Assembly (NCBI RefSeq): GCF_021869535.1
Contig: NW_026262690.1
Coordinates: 115,072,001 to 115,136,000, forward strand
From: Mytilus californianus
Taxonomy: Eukaryota
Direction of reading: 5' to 3'
Length of the DNA stretch: 64,000 bases
Shown: positions 26,601 through 36,697 of the stretch, piece after piece
How positions within the stretch are numbered: position 1 is the first letter of the stretch
Layout of the letters: every line of letters starts with the position of its first letter
The notes under the pieces: model-generated
What the model saw: only the letters and a program-made list of their open reading frames with translations
Told to the model about the DNA's origin: nothing
Database searches by the model: none
Program-made: the position numbers and the translations under genes

Positions 26601-29600
26601 CCTGATGCTGAGCATCACAGCCTCCTGTCTGCCTTTCTTTGGTTTACTATCATTGCGACCAATTCTTTTTCTTATCAGAAATGGCGAATTTGTTAGGGAT
26701 TCAGGTGATTCAGGTGTTGAAGGCAATGAAGGTGGTGTTTGAGTACTAGAAAGCTCTGTTTCTCTGCTCTTCATTGTTAGGTAGTCTCCAGTGTCTAGAA
26801 CCTCTGCTGTTTCAGGAGTATCTGAGCTGCTGCCATACGTCACTGGATAGCGCTCGCCGATACGGACACGGCCTTCTATGTTTACTTTGACTCTGGGACA
26901 TGCATATAATGTGCCATCATCATATCTGACAAGAAAGTGACTGAACTCTCGAGTTGCAGCTCTAGTAGCCATTTTGAGTATACTGATTTATAAAATTTTA
27001 AGTCATATTTATATCATATTTCTAGATTTATAAAAAAAACAACTCAGTATAGTAAACACTGTTTGAAGTCTTAAAACAATAAATACAAGAAAAACATACT
27101 TTGAAGTTAAACTAAATATGAGCACTTTTCAGGGCTTTTAACAAAGATATGGCTTGTTATAATACGCTTTGATCATTTGTTATAATTAAATTATCATTCA
27201 TTTAGCTCTATTTAAATTATTAATTGATTAATTATGCAAATTATAGTTTGATAATCTTTAATTAATTTAAATAGTAGAATCACTGTCTAATGAATGATAT
27301 TGTTTTAGAGCTTATCTGTAATTTATCATGTAAATGTATAATTTAAAATGCAAAATATTTTTTTATAACTTGATATTTTCTCCAAATTAAAGATATTTTT
27401 TAATCAATTAGAAGAAACCTAATGCACATTTATTCATTCATTCTTATCGGATGTATTAAATATTATTTTATTACTTATATATCTTTAACCTTGGTGAGTT
27501 ATTTTATTACATATTAAATATTACATATTAAATAAATTAAGCTTTTATTTTTCCCACGAATGAGTTGACATGCATGTATACTAGATTGGTCAAATGATAT
27601 CGATAACAGGTGCGACCTAGACAGAATGGCCCCACGTCGATATTTCATCCAATACACGTCATGGCTAGTGTTCATTTAAAAAGCATCTTGCAATTTTCTA
27701 ACCATTATAGTTTTAAATTGACTATGCCAAAGTTCAAACTTACACATCACAATTATTGCTTTATACAGACAGAGCTGGCCTGATCATGCCATCGTCAGAA
27801 AGATAGCTGAACGAGGCATAAATGTTACATGGAGTAATGTTAAGCATGTTATAAAAAAGTACCAATCCGGCAAAATAGGTTACGAGAATTTATTGAAGAA
27901 AGACCAGAAACTACCAACTTTAAAACTAATTACCAATAATGACGTAAAATTTGTAAAAAAATGTGCTTTCAGAAAAACCAACCCAGACATCTACTGATAT
28001 CTGCCGTCTTTTGTCCAAAAAGGGTACACAGGTCAGTAAGTCAACAGTACATAAAGTTATTGGTGCAGCTGGTTACACCGCAACATCGCCAAGATATGGA
28101 CAGATGGTACGTGATGCTAACAAAGTAAAAAGGGTCGCGTTCGCTAAAGAGAACATTGCCAACAATGACAACTTCGACAATATCATCTTCACTGATGAAT
28201 GTTCTGTTCAGCTTCATGACAATAAGATCGTCATCTACCACAAAAGAGATTCAGTCGCACCAGTATTACCTAAACCTAAGCACCCGTTGAAGGTACACGT
28301 TTGGGCTGGAATAAGTCGTCGAGGAACGACGAGTATCCTAGTATTCGAGAATATTATGCATCAGCATTTTACATTAACTCTGTTTTGGTGTTCGGCCTGA
28401 TTCCATTCATTAACTGGGTGTACCCTGATACTCATCGCTTTCAACAAGACAACGACCCTAAACATACTTCAAATGCAACTAAAGACTTTATGAAGCAGCA
28501 TAGTATAAACTGGTGGGATAATTGGCCAGCAGAAAGTCCCGATTTTAATCCAATTGAGATGGTTTGGAGCATGATGAAGTCAAGATTGTCTAAAAAAGAG
28601 CCAAGGACAAAAGAAGATCTAATTAATGGCATAAAGTCAATTTGGAGAGAAGATATGACAACTGCAATATGCAATTATTTCATCGACCACATCTTCAAAG
28701 TCATGCCAATAGCGGTTGTGATAGGTGGACGAGCTACCGGAGATCTACCCCAAAAGATTTTTCCATAGAGATCAAGCAGAAAGTCCCTCCACTATTTTGA
28801 TACCAAATTAACGACGCCAGAGTACCAGCTAAAAGTTACCAGCTTGAAGCTGATATGAAGATGATTGATAGTCAACATCTATTTAAAACAGCTCTTTTAA
28901 GGGCTACAAATATTATGCGAAAAGAGTCTAAAATTGTTGTCATCATTAACAAATCAAACTAAGGTTTCTTCCAACTTCATATTACCTTTGCCCCTTTTCT
29001 CTCACTCATCCTCACGCTAATTTACTTTGGTAATTTAAAACAATTTCCCAGTAGAAATTTAAAATGATTTTTTTTCTCAATAAAATAAAATCATCACTTC
29101 ATTTGTTTCAAACATTTAATTTTCATCTTTTAACGAAAACAAAAAACTGTTTTTAAAATGTTAATTACTGTCGTGTTAAATTCTTGTCTAAATATTAACT
29201 GAAAAAAAGACTTTTTTATAACACCTTCCCTAATTTTAGCCTAATCTATTTCTGTCTAATATTCGATTAAATTAAACATCTATTATCAGTTGTCAAATGA
29301 AATTAAATTGATCACATTACCAGAAACAAAAAGAGCACACAAGTCATAAATCTCAAACAATAAAACAAATTAATTAATGAAACACGGGTTGATTGTACTA
29401 TAAATAATGATGGGAATTCAAACAAACCAATTTACTTTGTAGTAATTTCAAGAATCAATTGATTAGAAAATTTTAAAAATGAGGTGATCATTACATAATA
29501 AAGTCGGTAATCAGTCGTAATTATCTAAATAAAAAACAGTTTGAATTATTTGCAGCAAAAACTTTTGATCATATCAAAGTTAAGTTGATCTGTTCATGGA

Positions 29601-32053
29601 TTTTATACTACATGTATATATCCTTCCGTGATTCGTTTTACTTGTACGCTTTTTAAAAGGTCTTGTCGAGATAAAATATTTTCAATTAATACAAACAACT
29701 GACATTTTTATTAGAAAAAAATCATATCTCGAGGTTAAATATTTCTTTAAAGCTGCGTCCGAAAACTATATATAAGTTATATATATAATTGGTATTGAAC
29801 ATTTATTTAAACATGAGTGAGATTACATCATGTCACCAAAATGAAAAAAAATAAAACTTTCCGACTTCAATTTTAAGAAAACATCACGGTAGCACAAGCT
29901 CTAAGAGGCGCGAAAATGTATAAATACATGTAACTGTAAACAGAAATGAACTGTTTATAAGGGGTCAATTGTTTGATTTGCGGATATTGACTGACAGGTA
30001 ATATCAGTTGAGGCACTAGAGGTGAGCGTGGTATTGTTGAATAAATGAATGAACTACAGGAAAATGAATAATAAAGTAAAAAAATCTGAAATAAACTACT
30101 TGAAATTTTTTCATTTCGAATTTATCAAATATTTTATATAAAGAAAAAACTACATTGCTTTAAAATGTAATTTTACGATCAGGTGGACAAATTACAATTT
30201 TTTTAAAAAAAGTCTTCAAGTAAATATTTTTTTACTTATTGTGACAATACATTTTTACATGTACATGTATCATCACTTTTAATTAAATCTGCATACAGGT
30301 AAAATTTCAATCAGCTACAAATTGATTTACGACCTTCCATCAGGTATTACACAGATGATATCAAACCAGGTGCTAATTACGTTCAGGTAACTGCCCGACA
30401 GTCCGGCCTCTTGCTGGAATCCGACATATCTAGTCATAAGTCAGACTACGTACTGTACATGTAGGAAGTTGTACAAATATTATGACACCCTCTGGTGTTG
30501 GTTAATATATACATTTTTGTATGTCAAGTATAAAGTATGAAACTATCACAGTTCTCTAGGTATAAAGCGGACACAATTTGTTACGGACGGACAGACAGAC
30601 TGATCACTTTATGGCTGGCCCTATTAAAAACATCCCATAAGTGGGCAAATAAAAATGTTAACTTATCAAAGTTATCTTTTGAAATTACATACATCCATGA
30701 TTTGGCGTAAATCAATACGACCATTTTGGACCAAGAAGTCTTTTTAACTTTTTTGGATTCGAGCGTCACTGATGAGTCTTTTGCAGACGAAACGTGCCTC
30801 TGGCGTAAATACAAAATTTTATCCTGGTATCTATGATGAGTTTATTTCACACTGGTCTAACTTGTCTTTAACTGGTCTTGATTGTCTTTTAATTGTTCTG
30901 AGCAGTCGTGATTTTCACTTGTGATAACTGTCAAATGTTATGTCATGATGTACTACATCAGGAATTATTTAAATGCATTCAAATGGTGTTTAATGATGAA
31001 TATATACTTTAATTTCACTCAATACCTCTTAAGTCTGTAAAACCTCACAAACATGCCACATTTTATGAGGAAAGTGGGCTTTGAGGAGGATAGGAATACC
31101 CTTTACCGTCAGGCGTTACCGTTATTTTTGGAAAAAAATTAACGTGATTCGTCAAAATCAGTCAATTTTTTTATCGTCTTAAAGAAAGTGTACATTTTAT
31201 CGTCATGCACCAAAAAATACTGTAAACGTCATTTGGCAAGATTTTTTAACGTTACTCGTCATGAAGGTACCCCCATTACGACCCTCTTTGAGACAACTCA
31301 TGTCAGCTTGTGTTTTGATAATCAGGAATTTCATTTCATAATAAACATTATACATTTAATTCCAAGCTGTTAAATTATATAACAACAACCAAAATTTAAT
31401 AATATGATTAAATAAGTTGATTAGTTAATAATCAACCAATAATCACACAATCAAAGGAATTTAATATATTAATTAGCATGGTAATTAAGAAATTACATTC
31501 ATATTTTGGTCTAAGTTTTCATTAAAATCTAGTATAAAATTCAAGTTATTCAACTTTTTTTACCAAAAAAAAATCATAAAACATTCGTATTTTGAATATA
31601 TTTTTAATACACCTTATCGCTATTTATCCGCCATTACTGGACATAACACAAGTTCCCGTAAAATTTTGACGTCATAATAGAAAATATCTGACGCCACAAT
31701 GGAAAAGTGATTGTTGTATGACGTCAAAAGTTCGAGCGGGACAGATTCTCGGGTCAAGCGGGAATAGCGATAAGGTGTATGGTACGAGTTCTATTTGGTA
31801 CGACTTCCCAGTGGTACGAGTTTACGTTGGTACGAGTTAACTTTTTTAGTACGAGTTTACGTGGTACGAGTTTACAATGGTACGAGTTAACTTGCTTCCC
31901 TACATCAGTACATCATCTACATAATGAGTACATGTAACTTGTAACTTATTGTATGATTAAAGATTAAATAAGAGAGAAATTTGATGAATGTGAAGTACAG
32001 AATTTTCTTTTGATACCTTGTTTAATCCACGAATTCCTTGACTGGTCTGACAT
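14628..32053 (-). CDS. GNPAT: Glyceronephosphate O-acyltransferase (DHAP acyltransferase), multi-exon, C-terminus not located in window
   Basis: Phase-consistent GT-AG exons: 32017-32053 (open to the acceptor at 32099), 23963-24159, 23061-23237, 22648-22777, 22107-22310, 21061-21212, 20176-20306, 19101-19321, 16972-17226, 16462-16541, 14628-14768 (1725 nt, 575 aa). Acyltransferase motifs [31 protein letters not shown] and [30 protein letters not shown], plus [10 protein letters not shown], are recognisable as GNPAT. Confidence 0.92.
14997..15912. mobile_element. ~0.9 kb TA-flanked non-autonomous DNA transposon (pogo/Tigger-like ends)
   Basis: TIRs TACCGTAGAAAGGCTTGTATAGTCCGC / GCGAACTATACAAGCCTTTCTACAGTA, with internal GGGGTGCGGACTAT repeats. 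Confidence 0.8.
18096..18285. mobile_element. TA-type MITE
   Basis: TIRs TACTGTAAACCAACTAATTTTCG / CGAAAATAAGTTGGTTTACAGTG; related to the copy at 41041-41259. Confidence 0.75.
20760..21055. repeat. Intronic minisatellite, ~40 bp units
   Basis: About 7 imperfect copies of CAG(T/C)TATTTTGTATATATCTT...; this repeat explains the repetitive tail of the ORF at 20848-21210. Confidence 0.75.
22801..22871 (-). pseudogene. Degenerate duplicate of the acceptor and 5' part of GNPAT exon 22648-22777
   Basis: The minus strand reads TTTTACAG|GGGGAGGGGGGAGATTCTGAAAGAATACCCTCTGTTACTGATGCCTAGGCCATAGAAGTAATTTTGACTTG, which aligns to [15 protein letters not shown] with indels. Confidence 0.75.
23307..23568 (+). 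mobile_element. Short HINE-like element
   Basis: Starts AACAAGAATGTGTCCATAGTACACGGATGCCCC and ends in the hairpin ATGCCCCATAGCATGTAAGTGGGGCATAAAA. Confidence 0.6.
24398..24571 (+). mobile_element. Non-LTR retrotransposon RNase H fragment
   Basis: Open frame [27 protein letters not shown]..., matching the RNase H motif WIPGH..I.GNE.AD.LAKEA. Confidence 0.7.
25788..26972 (-). pseudogene. Decayed BEN-domain protein gene (N-terminal beta-rich domain, S/T/P linker, coiled coil, C-terminal BEN-like domain)
   Basis: Joined from ORFs 26379-26972, 26224-26415 and 25885-26139 across about 3 frameshifts and 2 in-frame TAA codons. The C-terminus reads [20 protein letters not shown]...[49 protein letters not shown], fitting the BEN helical pattern (LL..LF...S..G...K.PLD...I...+....IN..LR). 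Confidence 0.65.
27724..28858 (+). pseudogene. Tc1/mariner-superfamily (DDE_3-like) transposase, DD35E, inactivated
   Basis: ATG at 27724; frameshifts near 27770, 27960 and 28350; TAG at 28766. Motifs: HTH-like N-terminus, [38 protein letters not shown] and [16 protein letters not shown]. There are 35 residues between the second D and the E. Confidence 0.9.
31608..31779. mobile_element. MITE
   Basis: TIRs ACACCTTATCGCTATT / AATAGCGATAAGGTGT; a second copy lies at ~32805-32970. Confidence 0.75.
31781..31895. repeat. Minisatellite of the GGTACGAGTT core
   Basis: Seven copies of (G/A)GTACGA(G/C)TT spaced 15-19 bp apart. Confidence 0.85.
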
Positions 32054-32804
32054 ATTTGAGCTTAATGGTCTTGCACCCTTCAGTACGAATTCCAAAGTTC
32101 TGCAAATGTTGTTGGTGTTTTTTCTGGTTTATCAGTAAATAAACTTTCAGCATATCACTAGGACAAACAGTAAACCGGAATACAGTTTTACCGGTGGCGT
32201 GATCGATCAGGGTTAATATTTTACTTATTTTTGTAAATCCAAATGCTTGACATTTAAAACACTATCAATACTAAGATGAAGTCATAGCCATTTACGACTT
32301 TATAAAATAAAATTAATAAAATAATATTTACTAAATATACTATGCATGTCATTCCTCTATGTTTTAAACATAATTGTAGCATGGAAATAATTTTGATCAA
32401 AAGTTAGAAATTGATTAATGTGGTACCAAGTTATGTCGTAAAATGAAATTCGTCTGCACCTGAGCAGGTGCTTCAAAAACTTCATGAGAAAATGGCCTTT
32501 TATTACACTAAACCAGACATAAAAAGAATCCTGCTACTCTTTGGGATAATTTATATCACAATGGACATCACATCCTGTAAACTTTCAAAGAAAAAAGAAA
32601 ATGTAAATGAAAACTGTTAAACATTTGCCAGAGGCAGAGTATACTATATACCGAGTACTGTACCAGAGACATATGTACTATTTATATGTATTTATATGTC
32701 TACTGACTGTTCTTTGAACAGGGACTTTCAATACTTATTTAGTATAGAAAGTCCTTGCTTTGAACTAATTCTTCTCTGTTTCATGCACACTTAATTAAGT
32801 TATA

Positions 32805-32970
32805 ACACCTTATCGCAATTTGTCCGCCATTACTGGACATCACAACAGTTCCCGTAAAATTTTGACGTCATAATAGAAAATATCTGATGCCACAATAGAA
32901 AAGTGATTGTTGTATGTCGTTAAAAGTTCAAGCGAGACAGATTTTCAAATAGCGATAAAATTAAGGTGTA
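32805..32970. mobile_element. MITE, same family as 31608-31779
   Basis: Shared ACACCTTATCGC...CCGCCATTACTGGACAT...GTTCCCGTAAAATTTTGACGTCATAATAGAAAATATCTGA...AATAGCGATAA...AAGGTGT. Confidence 0.75.
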
Positions 32971-33098
32971 TGCCCTTATCCGTTATCGTCAGACGTCAAA
33001 CTGTCATTTTTCTACTACTTTGAGTGTGATCGCCAAATAGTTATTTTAAACTTCATCGTGATCTGTCAGAGGTCTCACATAATTATCCGTTACCGTTT

Positions 33099-34382
33099 TT
33101 AGCTCACCTGGCCCAAAGGGCCAAGTGAGCTTTTCTCATCACTTGTCGTACGTCGTCGTTAACTTTTACAAAAATCTTCTCCTCTGAAACTACTTGGCCA
33201 AAGTAAACCAAACTTAGCCACAATCATCATTGGGGTATGTAGTTTAAAAAATGTGTCCGGTGACCCGGTCAACCAACCAAGATGGCCACCATGGCTAAAA
33301 ATAGAACAATGGGGTAAAATGTAGATTTTGGCTTATATCTCTGAAACCAAAGCATTTAGAGCAAATCTGACATGGGATAAAATTGTTTATCAGGTCAAGA
33401 TCTATCTGCCCTGAAATTTTCAGATGAATCTGACAACCCGTTGTTGGGTTGCTGCCCCTGAATTGGTAATTTTAAGGAAATTTTGCCGTTTTTGGTTATT
33501 ATCTTGAATATTATTATAGATAGAGATAAACTGTAAACAGCAATAATGTTCAGCAAAGAAAGATCTACAAATAAGTCAACTTGACCAAAATGGTCAGTTG
33601 ACCCCTAAAGGAGTTATTGCCCTTTATAGTCAATTTTTAACCATTTTACGTAAATTTTTGTAATCTTTTACAAAAATCTTCTCCTCTGAAACTACTGAGA
33701 CAAATTTAACCAAACTTGTCCACAATCATCATTAGGGTATCTAGTTTAAAAAATGTGTCCGATGACCCCGCCCACGAAACAAGATGGCCGACATGGCTAA
33801 AAAATAGTTCATAGGGAAAAAGGCAGTTTTTGGCTCATATCTTTGAAACCAAAGCCTTTAGAGCAAATCTGACAAGGATAAAATTGTTCATTAGGTCAAG
33901 ATCTATCTGCCCTGAAATTTTCAGACCAATCAGGCAACACGTTGTTGGGTTGCTGCCCCTGAATTGGTAATTTTAAGAAAATTTTTCAGCTTTTGGTTAT
34001 TATCTTGAATATTATTATAGATAGAGATAAACCACTTAACAGCAATAATGTACAGCAAAGTAAGATCTACAAATAAGTCAACATGACCAAAATTATCAAT
34101 TGACCCCTTAAGGAGTTATTGCCCTTTATAGTCAATTTTTTACAATTTTCATAAATTTTGTAAATTTTTGTAAATTTTTACAAAATATTTTCCACTGTAA
34201 CTACTGGGCCAAGTTCATTATAGATAGAGATAATTGTAAGCAGCAAGAATGTTCAGTAAAGTAAGATCTACAAACACATCACCATCACCAAAACACAATT
34301 TTGCCATGAATCCATCTGTGTCCTTTGTTTAATATGCACATAGACCAAGGTGAGCGACACAGGCTCTTTAGAGCCTCTAGTT
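33099..34382 (+). mobile_element. Apparently full-length ~1.3 kb HINE-like element with two ~500 bp internal units
   Basis: 5' TTAGCTCACCTGGCCCAAAGGGCCAAGTGAGC and 3' AGGTGAGCGACACAGGCTCTTTAGAGCCTCTAGTTT (subterminal inverted GCTCACCT/AGGTGAGC plus a terminal hairpin), inserted in a T-run. Confidence 0.75.
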
Positions 34383-36697
34383 TTTTGTTGTTGAAAAATT
34401 TAACAGGATTCATCAAAATAAGTTATAAAGAAAATGTACATTTTATTGTCATGCACCTAAAATTACTCTTAACGCATTTGGATTTTTTTTACTATTATTA
34501 GTCATGAAGGTACCCTCATTTAGACCTTCAACTATGCTATTCCCTATTGAGAGACTTCACTTATATACAAAAAACACCTGCTATTGCTATTTAATTCAAT
34601 TGCACTCAGTAATTCGCTTGAAATTGTATGCTCCTTAATGACTTTAAGAAGAAATCCAGAAAATCTTGATAATCTGAAAAAGGATAATTATCGACAGTGA
34701 ACCTTCATGTTGTTTCTTCCGTGTTGTTGCTGGTACTATCAAAATCAACCCAACTGTTTATAATTCATTTAGCAGGAAAACCCTGAGGCATACATTTAAA
34801 AAGCTGTTTGCCCATCATTAATATGAGGCAGGTGTTACCTGTGAAAGGGAACGAAGTCTGTATCAATTATTTTTTTTTCATTCTAACATATTTTAATGTT
34901 AAAAAAGAAACGGAAATACCATAACGATTCCGATGTTGGTCCTGTTGTTAGGAATACTCAAAGTCTCATGACAAACGAGACTGGAAGAAAGAAAGAGATT
35001 TCTGCGCAAATGCGGGAAAATAAAAAAGTTAGAAAAAAAAGTTAACGATTTTGAGTTCAGTAGTGCATTGGAAATTATATATATTTTTTTTATTGATTTT
35101 TCTACTATTATAGGGGACTTCATCATATCTGTCAACCTCTAAAAGCAAAAATTGAATCAAGAATAATCCTGTCATTAAGTGAACAAAGGTTTTTTAGATT
35201 TGCAGTTCAGAAGTTTCAAGGTCATATTGTTGTAGCTTGGGGTCTCTTTTTTGATATCTATAGTAAAAGTTGATACCATACTAATTTGAAGGTATACACA
35301 AAAAACAATGTATAGATCAATCAATTTTTAACTGAATTACCGAAGGAAAAATTGGTTATTGATTTGGGGATGTACAGCAGGCAGGCAACAGGGTGGAGGG
35401 GTGGCTTCCAAACAGTGTCTGTTCATTAATATGAAAATGCTATGATGAAATCTTTTCAAATTTAGATATGTTGTTTCTTTTGACTAAATGAAGGTCAAGT
35501 TTGATTTTCACAATTTTAGCTTTTATTATCCTTGAGTTTAAGAATATTTAAGAAGCGATAAGTGATTCTTAGATTGATTTTGTCATTTCTGAACGCTAGA
35601 AAGATTCATTTATTTTTTTATTTGATCCTGTTTGGAGGTTCAGATTTGCAAATATCATTTCCATGCAGATAAATCCGGTTGGATCTCACTCTGACAGCCT
35701 CTTGTTAGCTGTAATTTCATGACATGTTCACACATTTACAATTCTTGATAAATTTATATGAAATTTAAGTCAAAGGTTTATATCAGCAATGTCTTAGACA
35801 AATTTGAAAACCAGTTCCAAATAACTATTTTTTTATAGGAGTCATGCATCTTTGAAATAAAATTAATTGGAAAATTGCATTGTTAGCACTCTCAAGCTTG
35901 CACATTTTTTGTATGATTGTTCTTTAAATTTATATTGAAAGTTTAAATCAGAAATGTCTCGACTGATTCGAAAATCAGTGCAGATCAACTTTTCAAAAGC
36001 CTTGCACATCTTGAAAATATCAATGATATAGAAAATTGCATTGTAAGCCTTTTTACACCTACATAGTAGAGCTCAATCTGGGTACATATTTTAAAGCTAT
36101 ATCATACTACAAAAAATGTCTCCCTTTGAAAAATTTACTGGCATTTGATATAACAGCTGTGTAAATTTTTTCATGAGTTTTGGTGATGGTAAAAGTATTG
36201 AAATTTTACAAAATTATATTCAGCAGTACTTTGCTAATATGTCTGAAATTTTTTAAATTGCACTTTCAAATAATAAATGAAGCATTAAATTTTTCAAGGG
36301 GAGATAATTCTTTAGAGTCAAAATGTACCCAGATTGAGCTATATTAGCTCAACTACATATGTATCGATCAGTTTAAAAATCACAGCAACATATGATATGA
36401 GATCTCAAAGGTTATTGGTGCATGCTTGTGTTATTTATCATCATATTTTTTGTTCATCAGATATACAAATTAGTGATATTAAACAAAACCTACATTTTTT
36501 GTACCCATTGATGGGTTAATGCATTTGTTTTATTTACAGATATGGATTTGCCTTTGTATCTATGTATGAACATGTTAGTGCCTGTGAAATGATGCAAGGG
36601 AGACTTTTCTTGAAATTCCTTTGTAAAAAAGATTAATATGTATATTTTTGTCTGCAATAACTTTTCAAAGTACCTCAATATTTTTTATATTCTGTAG

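Larger units (their letters stand above)
24984..30461. mobile_element. Composite DNA transposon-like insertion: BEN-domain gene plus Tc1-like transposase, head-to-head
   Basis: The host repeat is interrupted, and TAGGAAGTTGTACA occurs at both junctions (24970-24983 and 30462-30475). The insertion contains two divergent decayed ORFs. The right end reads TA-CAGTACGTAG... on the minus strand, like a Tc1 terminus. Confidence 0.7.
24580..30630 (+). repeat. HINE-like tandem-unit repeat split by the 5.5 kb insertion (halves ~24580-24983 and 30462-30630)
   Basis: The unit TGACCTTGACCTTTGACCTAGGAA(G/T)TTGTACA...ATTATGAC...TGGTTAATATA breaks at 24983, resumes at 30462, and ends with a GACGGACAGACAGAC microsatellite. 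Confidence 0.65.

Noticed and set aside
27724-28858. Programmed frameshifting or stop readthrough to yield an active transposase
   Set aside because: Three frameshifts plus a TAG, with parallel decay of the neighbouring ORF, fit neutral degeneration (or assembly indels) better.
31781-31895. CRISPR-like appearance of the GGTACGAGTT array (and of the longer tandem arrays)
   Set aside because: Spacers are only 5-9 bp and similar to each other, there are no cas genes, and the context is eukaryotic.
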